Source: an uncultured archaeon (lineage in GTDB: Archaea > Asgardarchaeota > Lokiarchaeia > Sigyniarchaeales > SOKP01). Taken from it: a stretch of 18,659 bases of DNA. Location of the stretch: contig CAYLZE010000103.1 in NCBI GenBank assembly GCA_964388035.1, positions 1 through 18,659 of the forward strand, written 5' to 3'. The translations under genes were made by a program, and so were the position numbers. Shown in pieces: positions 1 through 7,149 of this stretch. Position 1 is the stretch's first letter, and the number at the start of each line of letters is the position of its first letter. Below the pieces are notes generated by a model, which was given only the letters and a program-made list of their open reading frames with translations, had not been told where the DNA came from and did no database searches.

Positions 1-193
1 TTCTCATTTTTATATAGTATGAGGCAAAATACAAGTTAAGAATAAGATTAAACCTTTTTTTTACTCAATATTTAATTAAGCCAGCCAATTCAAAAAAGTT
101 GAAAAATACGACTAAAAATAAAGACTAATTTCTCCCTAATTTATTTAGCTAATTTTAAATAAATAAAATATATCTTTTAAAGAAAATAATCGC

Positions 194-1660
194 TTATTCA
201 TCAATAATAATTTCTTTCTGTTGATCTATCTTCATTTTTTTTTCTCTTTCTTTTATGATATTTGCAACTTCATTGAAATCTTTTTCACACGTGAAGAATA
301 ATGGGATCCAAAAACATATTGATATAATTCCAAAAATCAAGGTTGACCATAATAGAGCCATAGAAAATGAATCTGTAGCGGTGACTATTATTCCTCCCAG
401 AAATGCACCAAGAGCCCTACCAAATGTATCAACAAAAGAAGCAACAGCAACCATTGTGCCTCTATGTTCTGGAAGATTAACATCAATTAATGAAGAATAC
501 CAATTCGGAGCAATACCAAAACTAAAAGCTAATCCTACTCCTAATAATAGCGAAAAAATGACCCAAAAAATCCAAAATTCTGCTCCCTTCGTTGCAAACT
601 CACCAAAGAAAAAAGTCTGTTTAGTTACATTTGGTGCAAATATAAAGGCTATAACTAAAAAGGGAATATTAACAATTCCACATATTGTTGCTACTTTTAC
701 TCGTCCTGATAAATCTCCTCGCTGAACCCTCTTATCTCCCCAATGTGCAAATCCAAATTGTCCTATTATAAGAGCTAATGGAATAACGATTAACAGCATC
801 ACAATTATTGATTTTAATCCGAGAGGATCACCAAAAGATATTCCCATTTCTAAATTTATGTAAGGAAAAATAAATGCCACTAATAATCCCGAGGCAACCA
901 CATCGAAAAGATTTAAAATCAAGAATAGGTTAGATCGTCGGGTAAATACATATTTTAAGTCCGAAATTTTAATCTTATAAGAATACTGATATTTCTCTTC
1001 TTTGATATGAAAATCTTGAACTCCTCTTTGCGGTTCAACCGTAAAAAAAATATTAAAAAAGCTCAAAATAATTACAATAATTCCTAAATATAAAAATGGA
1101 TATCTCCACGTGTGAACTAAATCGGAATAATTTAAAATAATATAATTGATATTATCAGAAATACCTGCTGCTTCAATCTCCTCATAAGGTATAGTATTAA
1201 ACGAAAGTGCAATGCTCCCGGCAATTAAAGAAGCAATTGTCGATATTAAGGACCAAAATGCAAAAGCTTTTGAACGAGCCTTTGAGGTGACGATGTCTGC
1301 TAAATAGGAAATCGAAAGTGGAGCAGTCACTCCCGTGGCAATTGCTGCAACCATTCGAGCGAGTACTAATTGCCACATTTCTGTGATAAATAAGTGCAAT
1401 ACGGCTGTAACTCCCCATAAAAATCCCGCTATTATTAATAAATTTTTTCTCGGAATGATATCTGAAATATATCCGAATGAAAGAATGGCTGCACCATGTA
1501 AGATGGTATAGACAGCTATAATAATTCCGATAACATCAAAATAAATTCTAAAATCCGCCGCAATCAAAACCTCATTGGAAAGAATGAGGGTAGAATCCAT
1601 CATCAGAATTAATATTAATGATAAAAAAAGGATTAATGAGATTAGTTCTTTCTTCTTCAT
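194..1660 (-). CDS. Major facilitator superfamily (MFS) transporter, possibly Spinster-like
   Basis: 488 aa with about 12 hydrophobic segments. Has MFS motif A-like FGYISDIIPRK after TM2, LARMVAAIATG in TM4, YLADIVTSKARSKAF, WRYPF, a second-half WGDKR repeat and IDVNLPEHRGT. Substrate cannot be determined. Confidence 0.9.
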   Translation of the reverse strand: MKKKELISLILFLSLILILMMDSTLILSNEVLIAADFRIYFDVIGIIIAVYTILHGAAILSFGYISDIIPRKNLLIIAGFLWGVTAVLHLFITEMWQLVLARMVAAIATGVTAPLSISYLADIVTSKARSKAFAFWSLISTIASLIAGSIALSFNTIPYEEIEAAGISDNINYIILNYSDLVHTWRYPFLYLGIIVIILSFFNIFFTVEPQRGVQDFHIKEEKYQYSYKIKISDLKYVFTRRSNLFLILNLFDVVASGLLVAFIFPYINLEMGISFGDPLGLKSIIVMLLIVIPLALIIGQFGFAHWGDKRVQRGDLSGRVKVATICGIVNIPFLVIAFIFAPNVTKQTFFFGEFATKGAEFWIFWVIFSLLLGVGLAFSFGIAPNWYSSLIDVNLPEHRGTMVAVASFVDTFGRALGAFLGGIIVTATDSFSMALLWSTLIFGIISICFWIPLFFTCEKDFNEVANIIKEREKKMKIDQQKEIIIDE

Positions 1661-1683
1661 ATTTTTAAATTAGAATGCATCAT

Positions 1684-1690
1684 AAAAAAA
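1684..1690 (-). terminator. Possible archaeal oligo-T terminator after the GTPase gene
   Basis: T7 run on the minus strand about 20 nt downstream of the GTPase stop. Weak evidence in AT-rich DNA. Confidence 0.2.
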
Positions 1691-1709
1691 TAATTTAGAA
1701 TGGGATGGA

Positions 1710-3506
1710 TCAATCAAGCGTTTTAAGAATATTTTCAATTTCTACTATTTGTGAAGTAATTTTCTCTTCCAATAATTCAATTTTTTCAAGTTTTTCTTTT
1801 ACATCTTTTGCACTAATTTCACCGGTCAATTCTTGCATTTCAATTTCTAAACTCATTTTAGAAATATTTGCTTTTTTAATTTTTAAATCTAGCAAGGTTT
1901 TTTCCAAGTCCTTTCTCTGTACTCCTTCAGTTGTTTCTTCCTTAGACTTTTCTTCTTTTTTTTCATCCCTTGTCTCAGATACTGGGGACTTTATTTCCTC
2001 TTTACCTTCGCTAATTATAGTTTCCATTGGTTTAGGCTTTTCGACAGGTTTTTGGGGCTTGATTTCAGGGGTAGACTCTACATTTTTCACGTGACCAAAA
2101 GCTGATGTTTTTAGTTTTGTTTTAGCATCTTTAGGGACATGTACCACTTCTTTTGGACGTTCCTTTATTTTGAATTCCTCGGGATTTACTTTTATAGGAA
2201 TTTGTATTTCTTCTTCTTGTTTTTTCTCTATACGAGTATCACCTGAACCAGTAGATCTTGCCTTTTCGGCTTCATTTGCAGGAGGTTCAATTTTTATTGC
2301 TTCTGGTTTTTTTAAAGTGAGTGATGGTAATGGTTTAGCTTTAGGTTTGGGTGCATTTAATTTGGGTAAGATAGTTTTTTCAGTTATATCTGTTTTTTCT
2401 AGTTCTTTACTTGGAATTTTGCCTTCCTCCTTAGCTAATTCTTCCCCTTTTCCCTTTTTACTAGCGGTTTCCACCGTTTTTCTAATTTTCTGAGATAATT
2501 CGTAAAATTCTTGACTATAAGAGTCATCTCCCAGTTCAAGGCACAAATCACTAATTTTTTCATAGATTTCTGAGGCATCCAGTAATCGATTTTCCTCCAA
2601 AGCTTTTTCTGCTTCTTTCGTTAACTTATCACGGTCCATTAGGGGTTTTAATAAAGGAGAAACTTCAGCACTCATATCCAAGATATCAGCAATTATTTGA
2701 ATCATTTTATCTCTGTTCCCTGCTTCTGTTGCGATCATTTTATATGCTTTTAATCCAATAATCTTTTCTATTTGATCGGGCTTTAAAGCCTCTTCTAAAT
2801 CTTGTTTATTTCCGATCACTGCAGCATGTGCATTAGGGGCTTGTTCTTTTATTAATTCCAAAAAAAATTTGCTTTTTTCAACGTTTTCAAGAGTAGAATC
2901 CGTTATTAATAAGACCGCATCGCTACCTTTAATGAAATTATTCCATAAATAACTAAATTGCTCTTGCCCTGCGAAATCCCAAAGATGGAAGTGGAGCTTG
3001 CCGATCTTAATCGTCGCGATATCTCCCGTAATGGTGGGAATATGCTTCATGGGAATTTCTTCCGCTTTGATTAATTTAGTTATCGTAGTTTTTCCTACAC
3101 CGGAAAATCCCACGAGAGAAATTTTAGGTCTCATATTTCTATGGATGGCATCTATTGTAGGATCAAACATTTCAAAAGTAGAAGCATCGTGCTCGACTTG
3201 AAGGATATCTTCAAATAAATTCAAGAAATCTTTCTTGCAACGAAGTAATTCTTTCTTAATGGCTTCTTGACTATCTGTTAGACCCGTTATGAAAATAAAC
3301 ATTAATCCCAAATCTCTTTCAGTCGCAAATGCGACCCTATACTTATAATAATCATAAATATCTAAATTTTTACCCCCTCTACCAAAAGCTTCTTTTCTTA
3401 GATCTCTTAATAAATTATCAAAAACTTCTGGACTTAATGCTTTTCCAAAATGCCTATAGTACAAACATTCCTCATTCTTATAAATATATACTTGACGTAA
3501 AATAAT
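1710..3506 (-). CDS. Multidomain Arf-like small GTPase: N-terminal longin-like domain, G domain, helical (TPR/MIT-like) segment, K/E/P-rich linker, C-terminal coiled-coil hairpin
   Basis: G1 GFSGVGKT (nt 3110-3087), Arf-like G2 HIPTITG, G3 WDFAGQ followed by FSYLWNNFIKGSDAVLLITDS, G4 NKQDL, G5-like MIAT. The N-terminal ~120 aa show a beta-beta-alpha-beta-beta-beta-alpha-alpha pattern. The ORF track starts at TTG 3464, but the frame is open to 3515 and adds ILRQVYIYKNEECL. Start placed tentatively at ATT 3506 (or 3503), behind AAGGTGA. Confidence 0.88.
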   Translation of the reverse strand: MILRQVYIYKNEECLYYRHFGKALSPEVFDNLLRDLRKEAFGRGGKNLDIYDYYKYRVAFATERDLGLMFIFITGLTDSQEAIKKELLRCKKDFLNLFEDILQVEHDASTFEMFDPTIDAIHRNMRPKISLVGFSGVGKTTITKLIKAEEIPMKHIPTITGDIATIKIGKLHFHLWDFAGQEQFSYLWNNFIKGSDAVLLITDSTLENVEKSKFFLELIKEQAPNAHAAVIGNKQDLEEALKPDQIEKIIGLKAYKMIATEAGNRDKMIQIIADILDMSAEVSPLLKPLMDRDKLTKEAEKALEENRLLDASEIYEKISDLCLELGDDSYSQEFYELSQKIRKTVETASKKGKGEELAKEEGKIPSKELEKTDITEKTILPKLNAPKPKAKPLPSLTLKKPEAIKIEPPANEAEKARSTGSGDTRIEKKQEEEIQIPIKVNPEEFKIKERPKEVVHVPKDAKTKLKTSAFGHVKNVESTPEIKPQKPVEKPKPMETIISEGKEEIKSPVSETRDEKKEEKSKEETTEGVQRKDLEKTLLDLKIKKANISKMSLEIEMQELTGEISAKDVKEKLEKIELLEEKITSQIVEIENILKTLD

Positions 3507-3510
3507 AAAT

Positions 3511-3517
3511 TCACCTT
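3511..3517 (-). promoter_or_regulatory. Shine-Dalgarno site (AAGGTGA) for the GTPase gene
   Basis: Plus strand tcacctt reads AAGGTGA on the minus strand, matching the 16S anti-SD core (UCACCU). It lies in the short gap after the roadblock-like gene, 4 and 7 nt before in-frame ATT codons. Confidence 0.6.
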
Positions 3518-3533
3518 AATGTAATGAAATAAT

Positions 3534-4028
3534 TTATTTCGACACGAATTTTATTAATTCTTTGATTATATCATATTTTTGATCGTTAAATACCGCATCA
3601 TTCTTCAAAGTAGACTCGATTTGTGAAATTTCCTTCGAAAAGTTAAAGAGAGAGAATTTATTCATTTCTGCTTCTTTTGCTTTTTCGTTTATTATTTTTA
3701 AAGATTGATCTGCTTTTTTTGAAAATTCTGCCAAATTGATGTTTATGGCTACTTTAGAAATTAATATGAAATTCTCTCTAAAAGTAAAAACAAAATGATT
3801 ACGTTGGAATTCCAAAATAAATGAAATAATCTGTTGATTTTTTATTTCTGTTTCAATATTATTGCGATTAGTAATAAATTCGAGTAGATTCTGAGGAAGA
3901 ACTGTATTTGCTACAAATTCCTCGATATTTGATCCTAAAATAATACCGTAATTATTAGTTAATGCGCAATTAGAATTCAATTCCTTTTCTAATTGAGATA
4001 TAATTCCCTTATAATCTTCATCCTTCAT
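3534..4028 (-). CDS. Roadblock/LC7 (MglB/LAMTOR-like) domain protein with C-terminal helical extension (tentative)
   Basis: 164 aa. Pattern: helix (DYKGIISQLEKEL), beta-hairpin (CALTNNYGIILGSN), helix, three strands (IISFILEF, HFVFTF, FILISKV), then NINL plus helix. This matches the roadblock/profilin-like topology. It lies directly upstream of a small GTPase. Confidence 0.6.
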   Translation of the reverse strand: MKDEDYKGIISQLEKELNSNCALTNNYGIILGSNIEEFVANTVLPQNLLEFITNRNNIETEIKNQQIISFILEFQRNHFVFTFRENFILISKVAININLAEFSKKADQSLKIINEKAKEAEMNKFSLFNFSKEISQIESTLKNDAVFNDQKYDIIKELIKFVSK

Positions 4029-4137
4029 GTGGAGCCAAAATACAATTTATTAATTATAAAAATAATAATATAAAGGTTATTTATATTTTTATAGATTAAT
4101 CTACAAGCACAAGTATAAATAATTATTTATCTCTAAA
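4029..4137. promoter_or_regulatory. Divergent promoter region with TATA-like boxes
   Basis: 109-nt AT-rich gap between divergent genes. TTTATAAT on the minus strand (4060-4053) is about 25-32 nt before the roadblock-like ATG; TATAAAT on the plus strand (4114-4120) precedes TTG 4138. No SD at either start, consistent with leaderless mRNAs. Confidence 0.35.
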
Positions 4138-4923
4138 TTGAAAAAATATAAAATTCATTTTATTGAAAAAGAATCAGATGTCTCGATTATATCAGAATCA
4201 AAAAGGGCAATCGAACGTGCTAGATCATCTTTTTTTCATCATCGTACTATTTTGGAAAAATATGTTGCTAAAAGTAAACTATTTCTTGAATCTCTTAATC
4301 CTCTAAACACTAAATCAGATTTAGAAATTATAGATTTAATGATTCGAGTTTCTCAACAATGTCATGTTGGTCCGATGGCAACTGTAGCGGGAGCTTTAGC
4401 AGATTTAATGGTTGCGAATATGATGAAAAAAGATAAAAATTACATGCCACCAAGAGTTGCACTGGTAGAAAATGGAGGGGAAATTGCGATAAATTCAGTG
4501 GAAGATGTCAAAATTGGGCTCTATGCGGGAGAAAATGTTTTGAATATTAAAGTAGGATTTCTAATAAAGAAATCTGATAATCCAATGGGTATTGGAACAA
4601 GTTCCGCAACTATTGGACATGCACTAAGTTTTGGAGAAGCGGATGCAGTGACTATTTTTGCGGATAATGCTACTTTAGCTGATGGTGCCGCTACTTATGT
4701 AGCAAACTTGGTAAAAGGTGATGATGTTGAACTATCAATACAAAAGGGATTGGATGCTGTGGATGATATATCTAATCTTAAAGGGGCTTTTATATCGCGA
4801 GATAATAAGGTTGGTATTGTGGGAAAAATACCTGAAATGTTTAGAATAAAAGATGACATAAAATATTTTTTAAAAGGAAAGATAGAAGACTTATTATCCT
4901 CTAATGGTGAAATAATTAAGTAA
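4138..4923 (+). CDS. UPF0280 family protein (ApbE-like superfamily, archaeal type)
   Basis: 261 aa, TTG start. Motifs VGPMATVAGALAD, VENGGEIA and GIGTSSATIGHALSFGEADAVTIFADNATLADGAATYVAN are typical of UPF0280/COG2122. Confidence 0.88.
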   Translation: MKKYKIHFIEKESDVSIISESKRAIERARSSFFHHRTILEKYVAKSKLFLESLNPLNTKSDLEIIDLMIRVSQQCHVGPMATVAGALADLMVANMMKKDKNYMPPRVALVENGGEIAINSVEDVKIGLYAGENVLNIKVGFLIKKSDNPMGIGTSSATIGHALSFGEADAVTIFADNATLADGAATYVANLVKGDDVELSIQKGLDAVDDISNLKGAFISRDNKVGIVGKIPEMFRIKDDIKYFLKGKIEDLLSSNGEIIK

Positions 4924-4974
4924 TTTGCTACATGTTTACTTTTTGACTTTATATTTAAGAGTAAGTACACGTTC

Positions 4975-5952
4975 TTAATCAATATCTAATGTTACTTTAT
5001 AGGTATCTTTATACCACTGAAAATAATCCTTCAATCCTTGTTCTTGATTATAATTCGGTTCAAAATGTAATAATTCTCGAGCGAAGGATATATCAGCATA
5101 ACTATGTAAAATATCTCCGGGTCTTGGGTCAGAGTGAATAATCTTTAATTGTTCCTTATTTGAAATTTTAAGCATCAATTTAGCTAATTCATTTAAACTA
5201 ATAGGGGATCCCGCCCCTATATTTATGATTTCTCCTTTAGCATCAAGTTGCCCCGCTAATAAATTTGCTTCTACTACATCTTTTATGTATGTAAAATCTC
5301 TTGAATTTGTTCCATCCCCAAAAACTATTAGATTTTCATCTCTTATGATATTTCCTAACCATATAGCAATTACACCACTATAGGGTGAATCATTTTGTCT
5401 TGGACCAAAAACATTAAAATAGCGTAATGAAACTGTCTTTAAACCATATATATGATAATATACTTGAATATAAGATTCACACGCCAGTTTTGCAACTCCA
5501 TAAGGCGAAATGGGAACGCGTTTCATATTTTCTTTTTTTGGTAATTCAGGAATATCTCCATAGACCGAAGAACTTGAGGCAAAAACCACTTGATCAACGT
5601 TATTTCTTCGTGCAGAATTTAAGACATTTAATGCACCATTTACATTTACATTATTACAAGTTTCAGGCATTAAAACGGATTGTGGTACGCTTGTAAATGC
5701 AGCCTCGTGAAATACGATATCCACATCTTGAAAAATTTCTAAAAGGAGATTCAGATCGCGAATATCTCCCTTGATAAATTGAAAACATTTACTCTCACGG
5801 GCTTTTTTCAAATTTTCTAATCTACCATTGAATAGATTATCTATTCCAATTACTTGTGCCCCTAATTCTAATAAGGAATCGGTGAGATTACTTCCAATGA
5901 AGCCCGCGGCACCAGTTACCACAATTTTCTTATCTTTATAAAAATCGTCCAT
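4975..5952 (-). CDS. NAD-dependent NDP-sugar 4-epimerase (extended SDR; WbpP/TviC-like UDP-HexNAc(A) epimerase type)
   Basis: TGAAGFIG Rossmann motif, FHEAA, ASSSSVYG, catalytic YGVAK, LRYFNVFGPRQNDSPYSGVIAIW, GDGTNSRDFTYI, RPGDILHSYADI. Confidence 0.9.
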   Translation of the reverse strand: MDDFYKDKKIVVTGAAGFIGSNLTDSLLELGAQVIGIDNLFNGRLENLKKARESKCFQFIKGDIRDLNLLLEIFQDVDIVFHEAAFTSVPQSVLMPETCNNVNVNGALNVLNSARRNNVDQVVFASSSSVYGDIPELPKKENMKRVPISPYGVAKLACESYIQVYYHIYGLKTVSLRYFNVFGPRQNDSPYSGVIAIWLGNIIRDENLIVFGDGTNSRDFTYIKDVVEANLLAGQLDAKGEIINIGAGSPISLNELAKLMLKISNKEQLKIIHSDPRPGDILHSYADISFARELLHFEPNYNQEQGLKDYFQWYKDTYKVTLDID

Positions 5953-5978
5953 GATAATTTGAGGTTTTTTTAAACGTA

Positions 5979-6025
5979 CTTTTTAAAATTAATTTTTTAA
6001 AAAGATGGATCGAAAATTAATTTTC
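5979..6025. repeat. Two copies of the palindrome AAAATTAATTTT, the first nested in a 10-bp inverted repeat
   Basis: AAAATTAATTTT at 5985-5996 and 6013-6024; the second extends to GAAAATTAATTTTC (6012-6025). CTTTTTAAAA (5979-5988) pairs with TTTTAAAAAG (5995-6004). Located in the divergent epimerase intergenic region. Confidence 0.45.
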
Positions 6026-6144
6026 CTTTATTCATTTTAGTAAAAAATATGATATCAATCAACTATTTGAAGAATATACGTGTTAATTTAATAAATTATA
6101 ATTTTGGAATAAAATTATATTAATTTGTACTCTATTTAAGAATA

Positions 6145-7122
6145 ATGATCAAAAATAAAACGATCTTAATCACGGGGGCTGTAGGATTTATAGGATCACA
6201 TTTGACGGATGAGTTATTGGGGGAAGATAATTTTTTAATATTAATCGATAATTTTAATGATTATTACAAGGGTAAGGATAAGACCTTCGAGGAAATCACT
6301 AAAAATTATCAAGAAAATCGAGATTATCAATTAATTAAAGCAGATCTAACTCAAAAGAAAACGTTAGATTTTGAATTTTCCCAGATCGATTATATATTTC
6401 ATTTAGCAGCTCAAGCGGGAGTTCGATATTCCATTGAAAATGCTATAGAAATTAGTGAAAATAATATTATTAGCACAATAAACATTTACGAAAAAGCCTT
6501 AACTCTAAGCCCTAAGAAAATAGTCTATGCTTCTTCTTCTTCTGTTTATGGAAATCCAATTTACACGCCAGTAAATGAAGACCATCCAAAAAATCCAATC
6601 TCTCCATATGCGGTATCTAAATTGTGTGGTGAAATTTATGCTGATTACTATTATCGAGAAAAAAAGTTGCCAATTACTTCCTTAAGGTTTTATACGGTCT
6701 ATGGTCCAAGAGGTAGACCTGATATGGCGATTAGAAAATTTTTTAATTCGATTTTAAAGGAGGAAACAATCAATATTTATGGAAATGGAGAGCAACTGAG
6801 AGATTTTACCTTTATATCCGATCTTATTGATGGATTAATATTAGCAGCGGAAAACGGTAGATCTGCTGGAGAAGCTTTCAATTTAGGATGCTCTAATCCT
6901 ATATCTGTTAATGAACTTGTAGATAAAATGTATCAAATTGCAAAAAAACCGAAAAAAATAAATTATATAGAAAAACAAGAAGGTGATGTCGAGGTTACCT
7001 ATTCTGATACAACAAAAGCAAAAAAAGTTTTGAGATATTCACCTAAAATTCATATTGACGAGGGCCTAATCAGACAATGGAATTGGCAAGAAACTCTCTT
7101 TAAATGCGAAGATAGAAGTTAA
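6145..7122 (+). CDS. NAD-dependent NDP-sugar epimerase, UDP-glucuronate 4-epimerase (CapI/GAE)-like
   Basis: TGAVGFIG, HLAAQAGVRYSIEN, YASSSSVYG, catalytic YAVSK, LRFYTVYGPRGRPDMA (characteristic of the UDP-GlcA epimerase subgroup), RDFTFISD. Confidence 0.9.
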   Translation: MIKNKTILITGAVGFIGSHLTDELLGEDNFLILIDNFNDYYKGKDKTFEEITKNYQENRDYQLIKADLTQKKTLDFEFSQIDYIFHLAAQAGVRYSIENAIEISENNIISTINIYEKALTLSPKKIVYASSSSVYGNPIYTPVNEDHPKNPISPYAVSKLCGEIYADYYYREKKLPITSLRFYTVYGPRGRPDMAIRKFFNSILKEETINIYGNGEQLRDFTFISDLIDGLILAAENGRSAGEAFNLGCSNPISVNELVDKMYQIAKKPKKINYIEKQEGDVEVTYSDTTKAKKVLRYSPKIHIDEGLIRQWNWQETLFKCEDRS

Positions 7123-7149
7123 AAATAATTTGATTTAAAAAAGATAGAA

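Noticed and set aside
1-7. Possible minus-strand ATG (7-5) of a gene leaving the window
   Set aside because: Only two codons are visible, which is not enough to support a gene.
2676-3128. Roco (Roc-COR) assignment suggested by WDFAGQ
   Set aside because: No LRRs precede the G domain and no COR-sized folded domain follows it. IPTI, LW and NKQDL look more Arf-like.
255-3201. Alternative ORFs 255-725, 1197-1418, 1705-2094, 2170-2493 and 2998-3201
   Set aside because: They lie on top of the MFS and GTPase genes (antisense or off-frame) and show no motifs. The S/F/L-rich translations are mirror images of K/E-rich codons.
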